This document shows positions 40,427-48,813 of a DNA stretch of 64,000 nt, piece by piece. Positions within the stretch are counted from its first letter, which is position 1; each line of letters begins with the position of its first letter. This DNA is from Clostridiaceae bacterium (GTDB lineage Bacteria; Bacillota; Clostridia; Oscillospirales; QAMX01). Below the pieces are notes generated by a model. That model worked only from the letters and a program-made list of their open reading frames with translations. It ran no database searches and had not been told where the DNA came from. The stretch covers positions 128,132 through 192,131 of the forward strand of contig JAYFRF010000008.1 of NCBI GenBank assembly GCA_034926225.1. The letters run 5' to 3'. The translations under genes were made by a program, and so were the position numbers.

Positions 40427-40455
40427 ATTATAGCAGACCTTGTCGCAGTTTACAA
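40427..40455 (-). promoter_or_regulatory. Near-consensus sigma-A promoter of the paralog operon
   Basis: The minus strand reads TTGTAA (40450..40455) - 17 nt - TATAAT (40427..40432), about 40 nt upstream of the ATG at 40384. Confidence 0.7.
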
Positions 40456-40497
40456 GCTTTTTGCACAAATATTCTGGACGGTTTTTTCCGTCAATTG

Positions 40498-40965
40498 TCA
40501 CTTTCTGTCCTGTCGGGCACGCAGTGATTTCGCATGCGCCCATTCCTCGCGTTCCTCATCGGTCTGCGGCCGTAGTTCCGGCACCTGGGTCGGATGATCG
40601 TCCTCATCGAGCGCCACCATCGTCAGATACGCCGAATTGATGAGCTTGCACGCCCCGTCGAGCGCTTCCACATAGGAGTGGACGCGCACAACCATGGACG
40701 TATTCCCGGCGTAGACGATCTTTCCCTTCAGGACGACCGTGCTGTTCGGCACCGCGGGCTCCCGGAACTCCAGTCGCTCGACCGCCGCCGTCGTAACGTT
40801 GCGTTCCGAGTGCCGTCTGGCGACGACCGCCGCGACAATGTCGATCCACTCCATCAGGCGTCCTCCAAACAGCCGGTTCGTGCCGTTCATCGAACTGAGG
40901 GTCAGCACCTGTACCTGCTCCGCCGTGGAATCCAGCGGTGTTTTTACTTTTCTTTCCTGTGCCAT
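40498..40965 (-). CDS. Acyl-CoA thioesterase, hotdog fold (YciA/BFIT-like)
   Basis: 155 aa. NGTNRLFGGRLMEWIDIVAAVVARRH ... VTTAAVERLEFREP ... GNTSMVVRV is typical of the acyl-CoA thioester hydrolase family. Confidence 0.75.
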   Translation of the reverse strand: MAQERKVKTPLDSTAEQVQVLTLSSMNGTNRLFGGRLMEWIDIVAAVVARRHSERNVTTAAVERLEFREPAVPNSTVVLKGKIVYAGNTSMVVRVHSYVEALDGACKLINSAYLTMVALDEDDHPTQVPELRPQTDEEREEWAHAKSLRARQDRK

Positions 40966-41131
40966 TATTTTTATTATCCTTTCCCATCATCAGTAGATAA
41001 GGTATTGTATCATACACTTCCCCTTATCTACAAGAGAAAACATTTTTATGCATAAAAATAACTTGTGTTTTTCGGAAAATGGTGGTACACTGAATTTACC
41101 TTTGAATCATATAAAGGAGCGTTGTGGACAT

Positions 41132-42202
41132 ATGGATAAGAACAATATCGGTTACGCGGTCCTCGGACTTGGCGTCGGCGTCGGCCACGTCAAGGGCGCC
41201 GCGCATCTGCAGGGCGGACGGCTCGTAGCTATCTGCGACCTAAAAACCGACCGGCTTGAAAAGGTCTCCTCTGAGCTTGCGGCCGAAGGCGTCAACGTAA
41301 AGACGTATGCCAATTATGCCGAAATGCTGCGCGACCCGGAAATCGACGTCGTTTCCATTGCGACTCCCTCCGGTATGCACGCCGAGCACGCGATGATGGC
41401 GATGCGCGCCGGGAAGCATGTCCTCATCGAAAAGCCAATCGACGTCTCCGTCGCCCGCGCCGAGGAAATCGTGCGCGTATGGAAGACGATGGGCGTCAAG
41501 GCGTCCTGCGTATTTCAATGCCGCCGCTGGCCGTGCATTGACGAAATCCGCCGTGTCCTCGCGGAGGGCAAGCTCGGCGACGTCTTCTCCGGCTTCTTCC
41601 GCATCAACTGGCTGCGCACCGACGAATACTTTTCCGGCACCACCATCGCATCCGGCGAAGCCTGGCGCGGGACATGGGCCTGGGACGGCGGCGGCAGCCT
41701 GATGAATCAGGGCGTGCATACCACCGACCTGATGCAGTGGCTGATGGGCGGCGTCGAATCTGTCATTTCCGTGACAAATATCTTCAATCACAAGATCGAA
41801 ACGGAGGATTTTACCTCCTCCATCGTTAAATTTAAGAGCGGCGCTATCGGCAACCTCGTCTCAACCACCTGCAATGGCGGCAAGACTTCCACCGATATTC
41901 AGATTTACGGCACCAAGGGCTCGATCTCGATGGATGCGGGTAAGATCACATCCTGGGTCGTCCCGGGCGAAGACGAAGCGGAAATGATCGCGCGTTTTGC
42001 CGATGGCGGCGCGGCTGTCACAAAGAACGCAGCCGCCGCAACAGGACATGCCTTCCATGTACAGGATCTCGTCGATGCCATCCGTGAGGACAGAGCGCCC
42101 TACATCCAGCCGGACGAAGCGCTCGACGCATTAAAAGTTGTGCTCGCCGTCTACAAATCCGCAAAGGAAGGCCGCGAGGTCTTTATCCGCGATATGGAAT
42201 AA
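41132..42202 (+). CDS. Gfo/Idh/MocA-family oxidoreductase
   Basis: IGYAVLGLGVGVGH Rossmann N-terminus, the EKP motif (LIEKPI), and a C-terminal domain. The first in-frame ATG after AAAGGAG is at 41132. The track start at 41048 lies in an AT-rich promoter-like region. Confidence 0.85.
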   Translation: MDKNNIGYAVLGLGVGVGHVKGAAHLQGGRLVAICDLKTDRLEKVSSELAAEGVNVKTYANYAEMLRDPEIDVVSIATPSGMHAEHAMMAMRAGKHVLIEKPIDVSVARAEEIVRVWKTMGVKASCVFQCRRWPCIDEIRRVLAEGKLGDVFSGFFRINWLRTDEYFSGTTIASGEAWRGTWAWDGGGSLMNQGVHTTDLMQWLMGGVESVISVTNIFNHKIETEDFTSSIVKFKSGAIGNLVSTTCNGGKTSTDIQIYGTKGSISMDAGKITSWVVPGEDEAEMIARFADGGAAVTKNAAAATGHAFHVQDLVDAIREDRAPYIQPDEALDALKVVLAVYKSAKEGREVFIRDME

Positions 42203-42228
42203 AGTTTATATAGGGAGGATATTGTCTT

Positions 42229-43215
42229 ATGCGCGTTGCCATGATTAGCGGTTGGCATGTCCATGCCAAAGGGTACGCAAACACCTTAAAGAATCATCCG
42301 GGCGTCGAAATCGCCGCCGTTTACGATTCCGATACGCTTTGGAATCACGGCACGGAATCCGGGAAGAAGTGGGCCGAGGAACTCGGGTGCCCGTATGTCG
42401 GAAGCTTTGACGCCATTCTGGCAGACCCCTCGATCGACGGCGTCGCGATCTGCGCGCCGACGTCTGCGCATCCGGAATTGATGATCCGCGCAGCCGACGC
42501 GGGCAAGGCGATCTTTACCGAAAAGGTGCTCGCCCTGACCGCCGCCGACGCCTATCGGATTCGGGACGCGGTAAACCGCAACAACACCCTTTTCACAATC
42601 TCCTATCCTCATAAAACCCTTCCCTCCATCCTGTTTGTCAAAAATCTCGCCGATACCGGTGCGCTTGGCGTCCTCACCTATGCCCGTATGCGCAATGTCC
42701 ATTCCGGCAGCATTGCCGACTGGCTCCCGCCGCATTTCTACGATGAGAAAGCCTGCGGCGGCGGCGCAATGATCGATCTCGGCGCGCATCCGTGCTACAT
42801 CCTCGATTGGTTTTTAGGAAAGCCCGAAAGCATCCAGTCCTGCTTTACGAACGTCACGCCGCGCGCGGTCGAGGACAACGCCGTCTGCCTGTTCCGTTAT
42901 GCATCCGGCGCAATCGGCGTATCCGAAACCGGCTTCGTCTCCGTCGCCGACCCGTATGAGTTCCATCTTTCCGGTACGAAGGGTGCGGCTTATGTCCGCG
43001 GGCAGGAAGTGTTCTATGCAACCGAAGCCACCGAGAAGAAGTGGGTCAAGGCCGAATCCCTTCCGGAAGCGCCGGTTTCTCCGTTGATTTCCTGGGCAGA
43101 TTCGTTTATGAACGACAAGCCCTCCGCGTACGGTATTGACGAAGCGGTGGAGCTGTCCGAGATCATGGACGCCGCCTATCGTGCCTCCGGTTCCCGAGCG
43201 GAAGCAAGCCTGTAA
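42229..43215 (+). CDS. Gfo/Idh/MocA-family oxidoreductase (second copy)
   Basis: MRVAMISGWHVHAKGYA N-terminus, FTEKVLA (an EKP-like motif), and GGGAMIDLGAHP. GGGAGG SD. Confidence 0.8.
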   Translation: MRVAMISGWHVHAKGYANTLKNHPGVEIAAVYDSDTLWNHGTESGKKWAEELGCPYVGSFDAILADPSIDGVAICAPTSAHPELMIRAADAGKAIFTEKVLALTAADAYRIRDAVNRNNTLFTISYPHKTLPSILFVKNLADTGALGVLTYARMRNVHSGSIADWLPPHFYDEKACGGGAMIDLGAHPCYILDWFLGKPESIQSCFTNVTPRAVEDNAVCLFRYASGAIGVSETGFVSVADPYEFHLSGTKGAAYVRGQEVFYATEATEKKWVKAESLPEAPVSPLISWADSFMNDKPSAYGIDEAVELSEIMDAAYRASGSRAEASL

Positions 43216-43292
43216 GTCTGTTTGCTCGTTTTCCCCATATCGCATGCTCTTCCCCTCGGTTCAACAATACACACGATAGGAGAAATTTTTTT

Positions 43293-44855
43293 ATGTCCAG
43301 TTCTTCAGTTCAAACACTGATTGCGATGGTACTCTACATGGCATCCGTCATCTGTATCGGCCTCTATTTTGCCAAGCGCGCTAACCAAAGCTCTGAAAAC
43401 TACTTCATCGGCGGCCGTACCTTGGGCCCCTGGGTTGCGGCGATGAGTGCCGAGGCCTCCGACATGAGCGGCTGGCTCCTGATGGGTCTGCCCGGCGTTG
43501 CCTATTGGTACGGCACCGCCGACGCCGCCTGGACGGCGATTGGCCTGGCCGTCGGTACTTACCTCAACTGGCTGCTCGTCGCCAAGCCCCTGCGCCGCTA
43601 TTCCGAGATTGCAGGCAACGCCATCACCATCCCTGACTTCATCAGCAACCGTTTCAAAGAGAAAAAGAAGGTGCTGATGCTTATCGCATCGACCTTCATC
43701 CTGATTTTCTTCGCGGTCTACGCGGGGAGCTGCTTTGTCACCTGCGGCAAGCTTTTTTCCCGGCTCTTTAACGCGGATTACCGTCTGATGATGATACTCG
43801 GCGCGTTATTCGTTCTGGTTTACACCTATCTCGGCGGCTTTCTTGCCGAAAGTGCGTCCGACTTTATGCAGGCTGTCGTCATGATCTTCGCCCTGCTCGT
43901 CATTGTGATTTCCGGCTCGATCTACGCGGGTGGATTTGGCGCCGTTGTCGAGAACGCCCGCAACATCCCGGGCTTCTGGGCCTTTTTCGGCATCGCCTCT
44001 CCTGTCGCCGGCGCCGACGGCCTGCAGGCCATATCCTCCTCCGGCGCGCCGCTGTTTGGCGAAGCAGGCAGCTACGGCCTTCTGACCATACTCTCCACGC
44101 TCTCCTGGGGTCTCGGTTACTTCGGTATGCCGCAGGTACTGCTCCGCTTTATTGCCATTCGCCGCACCGACGAGCTGACCCAGTCCCGCCGGATCGCCAC
44201 CGTTTGGGTCGTCATTTCGCTGACCGCAGCCGTTCTGATCGGCGTTATCGGCCGTGCGATGATGCCCGCAGCGCTTAAAACGGCGTCGCAAGCGGAGAAC
44301 ATCTTCGTCATCATGTCGCAGACGCTGCTGCATCCGCTGTTCGCCGGCATCGTCATGGCGGGTATCCTCGCCGCCACCATCAGCTCCTCCGACTCCTATC
44401 TGCTGATCGCAGCCTCCGCGCTGTCGAAAAATATCTATCAGGGTATCCTTCGCCGCAACGCGAGCGACAAGCAGGTCATGACGGTCAGCCGCATCACCTT
44501 GCTCGCGGTCGCTCTCGTGGGTATGCTCATCGCTTTGGATGAGAACAGCGTTATCTTTACCATCGTCAGCTTCGCCTGGGCAGGCTTCGGCGCGACCTTC
44601 GGGCCGATCATGCTCTTCTCCCTGTTCTGGAAGCGTACCAACCGCGCCGGCGCGATTGCCGGTATGATCGGCGGCGGCGGCATGGTCTTCTTCTGGAAGC
44701 TCGTCTTAAAGCCGCTCGGCGGCCTACTTGGCATCTACGAACTCCTGCCCGCCTTCCTGTTCTCCTGCCTGATGATCGTCGTCGTATCGCTGCTCACCGC
44801 GCCTCCTTCCCGCGAAATCTGCGCGGAGTTCGACGCCGCGAAAAAGGCCGCCTGA
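43293..44855 (+). CDS. putP: Sodium:solute symporter, PutP-like (sodium/proline symporter family)
   Basis: 520 aa and multi-TM. YFIGGRTLGPWVAAMSAEASDMSGWLLMGLPG is the PutP-type hallmark. The substrate is inferred only by family. Confidence 0.75.
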   Translation: MSSSSVQTLIAMVLYMASVICIGLYFAKRANQSSENYFIGGRTLGPWVAAMSAEASDMSGWLLMGLPGVAYWYGTADAAWTAIGLAVGTYLNWLLVAKPLRRYSEIAGNAITIPDFISNRFKEKKKVLMLIASTFILIFFAVYAGSCFVTCGKLFSRLFNADYRLMMILGALFVLVYTYLGGFLAESASDFMQAVVMIFALLVIVISGSIYAGGFGAVVENARNIPGFWAFFGIASPVAGADGLQAISSSGAPLFGEAGSYGLLTILSTLSWGLGYFGMPQVLLRFIAIRRTDELTQSRRIATVWVVISLTAAVLIGVIGRAMMPAALKTASQAENIFVIMSQTLLHPLFAGIVMAGILAATISSSDSYLLIAASALSKNIYQGILRRNASDKQVMTVSRITLLAVALVGMLIALDENSVIFTIVSFAWAGFGATFGPIMLFSLFWKRTNRAGAIAGMIGGGGMVFFWKLVLKPLGGLLGIYELLPAFLFSCLMIVVVSLLTAPPSREICAEFDAAKKAA

Positions 44856-44871
44856 GCCGCGCCCAGAAAGG

Positions 44872-46305
44872 ATGTCCGGAATGGATTTTCAAGAAAACAT
44901 ACTCCGCAATTTCACCCGCATCGCGTCCCATCCCCGTCCCTCCGGACATGAGGATGTCGTCGCCGCCGATCTCGCGGCATGGGGACGGGAGCAGGGCTTT
45001 ACCGCCCGCGTCGACAATGCGAAAAACGTAGTGATCGAGGTCCCCGCCTCTCCCGGCTGCGAAATGGCGCCTGTTACCATTTTACAAGGCCACACCGATA
45101 TGGTCTGCGTCGCGGCGGACGGCGTCGCCTTCGATCCGCTGACCGATGTGCCGAAACTCGTACGGGATGGAGACGCACTTCACGCGTCCGGCACCACGCT
45201 CGGCGCGGATGACGGTTTGGGGCTTGCCATTTCCATGACGCTTGCCGCCGATCCCGCGCTGCGGCACGGGCCACTGCGTATTCTCGCGACCGCCGACGAG
45301 GAAAAGGGCATGTCCGGCGCCGGGGCGCTCGACAATGCGGCCCTTGACGGTAAGTACCTTATAAACCTCGACTCCGAGGAAATGGGCGTCCTCACGAATA
45401 GCTCAGCCGGCAGCCAGTCGTATACTCTTACGCTCCGCGCGGCGCGGATTCCCGCTCCGTACCGCTGGGCGTTCCGCATCACGTTTTCCGGCTTCCGCGG
45501 GGGGCATTCCGGCGTGGATATCCATAAAAACCGCGCCAATGCCATCTGTCTTTTGGGGCGGCTGCTGGCGTCGGCTCCCGATTTTGCCCTCGCGTCCCTC
45601 TCCGGCGGCACCGCCTATAACGCCATCCCCACGGGTATTTCCGCTGTCGTCGTCACGGACAGTCCAGAAGCGCTCTGCCATGCGGTCAATACCTGCCGTG
45701 CGTATGTCCGCGCGCGGTATACCGAACCGGATTCCGCTCGTATCACGCTTGAATCCTGTCCGCGTCCCGCCGATACGCTGCCTTGCGCCGCTTCCCGGGA
45801 TGCCGCGAGTCTGATCGCGTCCCTGCCCTGCGGCGTACGCACGATGAGCCAAGACTTCGATGGGCTTGTCGAAAGCTCGTGCAGCGTCGGTGTCGTTTCG
45901 CTTGACGGCGATACGGTAACCATCGGCGCATTCGCCCGCTCCTCCGTCGCCTCCCGGCTTCTGGAGAACGAAGCCGACTACCGCCGTCTCGCCGCCGCGC
46001 ACGGTTTTACCGTCAGCGCAAGCGCACCCGGCACGGGCTGGCCGGTCGATCCTGCAAACCCGCTGGAAGCGATGTTTACGGAAGCGTACCGTGCGGTCAC
46101 AGGTGCCGAGATGACCGTCTCCCCCATCCACGCGGGACTCGAATGCGGGAGCTTTGCCGCGCGCAACCCGAAGCTTTCGATCGTATCTGTCGGCCCGACG
46201 ATCACCGGCGCGCATTCGCCACTGGAAACCGCAGATTTGTCAGTGCTGAATGATTTTACGCGGGTTGTCGCCGCGGTTATCGAAAAAATCGCCGCTCAGG
46301 TTTGA
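44872..46305 (+). CDS. pepD: Aminoacyl-histidine (Xaa-His) dipeptidase, M20C family
   Basis: IASHPRPSGHE, ILQGHTDMVC, GTTLGADDGLGLA, ATADEEKGMSGA and PIHAGLECG blocks. Confidence 0.85.
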   Translation: MSGMDFQENILRNFTRIASHPRPSGHEDVVAADLAAWGREQGFTARVDNAKNVVIEVPASPGCEMAPVTILQGHTDMVCVAADGVAFDPLTDVPKLVRDGDALHASGTTLGADDGLGLAISMTLAADPALRHGPLRILATADEEKGMSGAGALDNAALDGKYLINLDSEEMGVLTNSSAGSQSYTLTLRAARIPAPYRWAFRITFSGFRGGHSGVDIHKNRANAICLLGRLLASAPDFALASLSGGTAYNAIPTGISAVVVTDSPEALCHAVNTCRAYVRARYTEPDSARITLESCPRPADTLPCAASRDAASLIASLPCGVRTMSQDFDGLVESSCSVGVVSLDGDTVTIGAFARSSVASRLLENEADYRRLAAAHGFTVSASAPGTGWPVDPANPLEAMFTEAYRAVTGAEMTVSPIHAGLECGSFAARNPKLSIVSVGPTITGAHSPLETADLSVLNDFTRVVAAVIEKIAAQV

Positions 46306-46315
46306 ATTTTATAAG

Positions 46316-46362
46316 AAATAAGCGCTCTGTCAAGACTTTTTGTCCGACAGAGCGCTTATTTT
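46316..46362. terminator. Bidirectional terminator between pepD and the DUF2087 regulator gene
   Basis: AATAAGCGCTCTGTC (46318..46331 core) / GACAGAGCGCTTATT (46346..46360), flanked by A- and T-runs. Confidence 0.75.
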
Positions 46363-47101
46363 ATACCCGCCAATAATCCGAGCAGTCCCTGGTGCGTCCC
46401 ATATAGCCGTACTCCACCAGATACCGGCGCAGCGTGACGTAATCCTCGTAAATTGCTTCCAGAATCTCATTAACATCCGGCTCGGTATAATGCCGTCCGC
46501 GCTCGAATTCCTCCGCGATACGGCGCAGGGTAACGACCTTCTTTTTTTCCTTCGCCGAAAATACTTTCAGCCTCAGCGGTTCCATGCTTTCAAACACGGA
46601 CGCAAGAATTTTCTTTTCTTCTGCTTCGGTAATCACAAAACGATCATCCACCATTTTTGCCCCCTCATGCACGGGTACCAGCGTTTGCTCCGCCGGTTCC
46701 ATTTTTTCCTCTGTGGCCATTTCCCACAACGCCAGCATCACTCTTGCCGCTTTCGCACGCTCGCGGAACTGAAACCGCTGATTGCGCACCGTGGACTGCG
46801 CGACGCCCATACGCGCCGCGATCTCCCGGTCGGAAAAACCCTCCCGGATCAGCGCTAAAAGCGCTTTCTGATTCTCCGTCAGCTTATCCGCAAGCGCAAG
46901 CAGTCCGCAAAACCGGCGCTCCTGTTCCTCTCGGGCATGCGCTGCCGCCGCGTGGCGCGCGTCCAGCAGGCGCTCCCCGACCGGGTATATTTCCCCCTCG
47001 CGGAACGCCTTCCCGCAGACGACGCAGGTATATGCACCGTCCTCCTCCACGCATCCCCGGGTAAGCGTCTCCGGCGTAACGTGGTCTAAATCTATATGCA
47101 C
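46361..47101 (-). CDS. DUF2087-domain protein with a central LuxR/sigma-70-region-4-like HTH and an N-terminal Cys-rich segment
   Basis: LTENQKALLALIREGFSDREIAARMGVAQSTVRNQRF is the HTH. The C-terminal KKKVVTLRRIAEEFERGRHYTEPDVNEILEAIYEDYVTLRRYLVEYGYM is DUF2087-like. Confidence 0.7.
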   Translation of the reverse strand: MHIDLDHVTPETLTRGCVEEDGAYTCVVCGKAFREGEIYPVGERLLDARHAAAAHAREEQERRFCGLLALADKLTENQKALLALIREGFSDREIAARMGVAQSTVRNQRFQFRERAKAARVMLALWEMATEEKMEPAEQTLVPVHEGAKMVDDRFVITEAEEKKILASVFESMEPLRLKVFSAKEKKKVVTLRRIAEEFERGRHYTEPDVNEILEAIYEDYVTLRRYLVEYGYMGRTRDCSDYWRV

Positions 47102-47113
47102 ATATTCACCTTC

Positions 47114-47153
47114 TGTCTATTTTAATTATAGACACATATTATCATATGTCTAT
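47114..47153. promoter_or_regulatory. Promoter with three copies of a TGTCTAT/ATAGACA heptamer (candidate operator) upstream of the DUF2087 gene
   Basis: TGTCTAT at 47114..47120, ATAGACA at 47128..47134, TGTCTAT at 47147..47153. On the minus strand, TAGACA - 16 nt - TATAAT (47125..47152) overlaps the repeats. Confidence 0.55.
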
Positions 47154-47173
47154 AATTTTGTCAAGTCCTTTCA

Positions 47174-47214
47174 CAAAAAATCCCGGAACAGCCAACTCCC
47201 TTGACTGTTCCGGG
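47174..47214 (-). terminator. Terminator of the apgM-to-DUF4886 operon
   Basis: On the minus strand, CCCGGAACAG-13 nt-CTGTTCCGGG is followed by ATTTTTTGTG. Confidence 0.8.
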
Positions 47215-47236
47215 GCGATCATGTTTATATATATAG

Positions 47237-47965
47237 TTATAGCGTCGCCGCGACCGCCGCATGTGCGCAGTCCGCCAGCGCGGCGCGCAGCTCCCGTGTC
47301 AGCGGTTCCGTCGTCGCGTCGAACGGATTACCGGCGGCGGATATGCTGAGAATCGTCTCCAGCCATACGCACGCGGCGGTATAACGCCCCGCGCCGAAGG
47401 AGAGATGGTAGCCGTCGCGGTACATCCGCACAAGGTCAAGCTCCGCCGCGCGGCGAATCGCATCGCCGGACGGCAGCAGGCGGGCATGCAGAAAGGCCGC
47501 CGCTTTGGCGTAGGCGGCACGCACATCCGCAAACATGGCGGCGGCGGTCTCGAATCCGAAGGCGGCAAGGCGTTCGCTGCCTTCCTCATACGCCCAGGTC
47601 TGATGAACCATCAGCTCCGCCGTGGGCGCGTAGGTATGGATGTAGTCGCGGAGGGTTTCCAGGTAGGGCTGATAGGTTTCGTATCGGAATGACAGGTGAC
47701 TTGCCTGCTGGAGCGTGATCACGTCCCATGGTTCGTTCTTCAGCGCATCATAAATCGACACATCGAAGTTTGTCAGAAAGCCGTTGTACTCCAGCTTATA
47801 GTCCCGCTCCCGTCCGAGTGCGTTAAACGCATGCCGCGACAAAGGGCAGCCTCCGATATACAGATTCACGATCTTCAATTCCTCGCCCGCCGCGAGCGCC
47901 AGCTCGTAAAGATAGGCGGTTGCGTCCTGCGAAAAACTGTTGCCGATCGCAAGTATCTTTTTCAT
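47237..47965 (-). CDS. DUF4886-domain (SGNH-hydrolase-like) protein
   Basis: MKKILAIGNSFSQDATAYLYELA...NLYIGGCPLSRH matches the DUF4886 N-terminus. Confidence 0.7.
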   Translation of the reverse strand: MKKILAIGNSFSQDATAYLYELALAAGEELKIVNLYIGGCPLSRHAFNALGRERDYKLEYNGFLTNFDVSIYDALKNEPWDVITLQQASHLSFRYETYQPYLETLRDYIHTYAPTAELMVHQTWAYEEGSERLAAFGFETAAAMFADVRAAYAKAAAFLHARLLPSGDAIRRAAELDLVRMYRDGYHLSFGAGRYTAACVWLETILSISAAGNPFDATTEPLTRELRAALADCAHAAVAATL

Positions 47966-47977
47966 AGACACACTTCC

Positions 47978-48796
47978 TTACGCGTTTGCGATCAGGTAAT
48001 CGGTAACCTGATGCAGGTAGCGCAGCTTCCATTTGCGCACCTCAAGCGGGCAGGAATTTTCGCCGGGGATCTCGTAATTGAACAATCCGTCGTAGCCGAC
48101 CTCCCGCAGTCCGCGGACGACGGAAAAGAAATCGACATTGCCGCGCCCAAAGGGCATCATATGCTGATCCTCTTTGCCCTGATTATCGGCTAAGTGGAGC
48201 GCCTTAAGGTACTTGCCGCAGGCGCGGATGAAGTCGAGCTGCGTTTCGCCATGCATGTTTAAGTGTCCGGTATCCAGGCAAATGCCGAAATTCGGGCTTC
48301 CGAGATCGTGCATCAGGGCAAGAAGTCCCGATGACTCCGCGTGATCGCCCCCGAAGATGTTTTCAATGCAGACGGTGAGGTTCGTGTCGCGCAGATATGC
48401 CGCGACCTTGTCGAGTACAACCATCCGGCGCGCGCGGGCGACGGCATAGGATTGTCCCGGGCGGCTGTTGGCATGCAGCACGGCGCGGGGAATACCCGCT
48501 TCGAGGTACATGTCAAACCAAGCTTTGAGTCTATCAAACTTTGTCTCGTAATCGTCTCCGGTGATGCATGCGGACAGCCACAAATGCCCCTGCGGAAACT
48601 GAAAACCGGTATCTTCCGTGATCGTCCGAACCTTTTTCCCGGCTTCCGCCGCCGTAGGACACTCTGAAAGCAAACGTGCGCCGTCCTCATCGGACAGCTC
48701 CGACGCGAAAAATCCGCATTCGGCAAACGCAGCCGCTTTTTCGGCAAGCGTCATTTCCTTACAGTGGAAGTATTCCGACCAAACCGAGTACAGCAT
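47978..48796 (-). CDS. Sugar phosphate isomerase/epimerase (xylose isomerase-like TIM barrel)
   Basis: 272 aa. LHAN..., ENIFG, CLDTGHLNMHG and PFGRGNVDF blocks are typical of the AP endonuclease 2/xylose isomerase-like TIM family. Confidence 0.75.
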   Translation of the reverse strand: MLYSVWSEYFHCKEMTLAEKAAAFAECGFFASELSDEDGARLLSECPTAAEAGKKVRTITEDTGFQFPQGHLWLSACITGDDYETKFDRLKAWFDMYLEAGIPRAVLHANSRPGQSYAVARARRMVVLDKVAAYLRDTNLTVCIENIFGGDHAESSGLLALMHDLGSPNFGICLDTGHLNMHGETQLDFIRACGKYLKALHLADNQGKEDQHMMPFGRGNVDFFSVVRGLREVGYDGLFNYEIPGENSCPLEVRKWKLRYLHQVTDYLIANA

Positions 48797-48813
48797 GGGA
48801 AAAACCTCCGTAT

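Noticed and set aside
40385-40543. N-terminal 53-aa extension of paralog 4 in the ORF track (start at 40543)
   Set aside because: The extension would overlap the upstream thioesterase gene and run through a TTGTAA-17-TATAAT promoter and the AAAGGAGG SD. The other three paralogs all start at the position equivalent to 40384.
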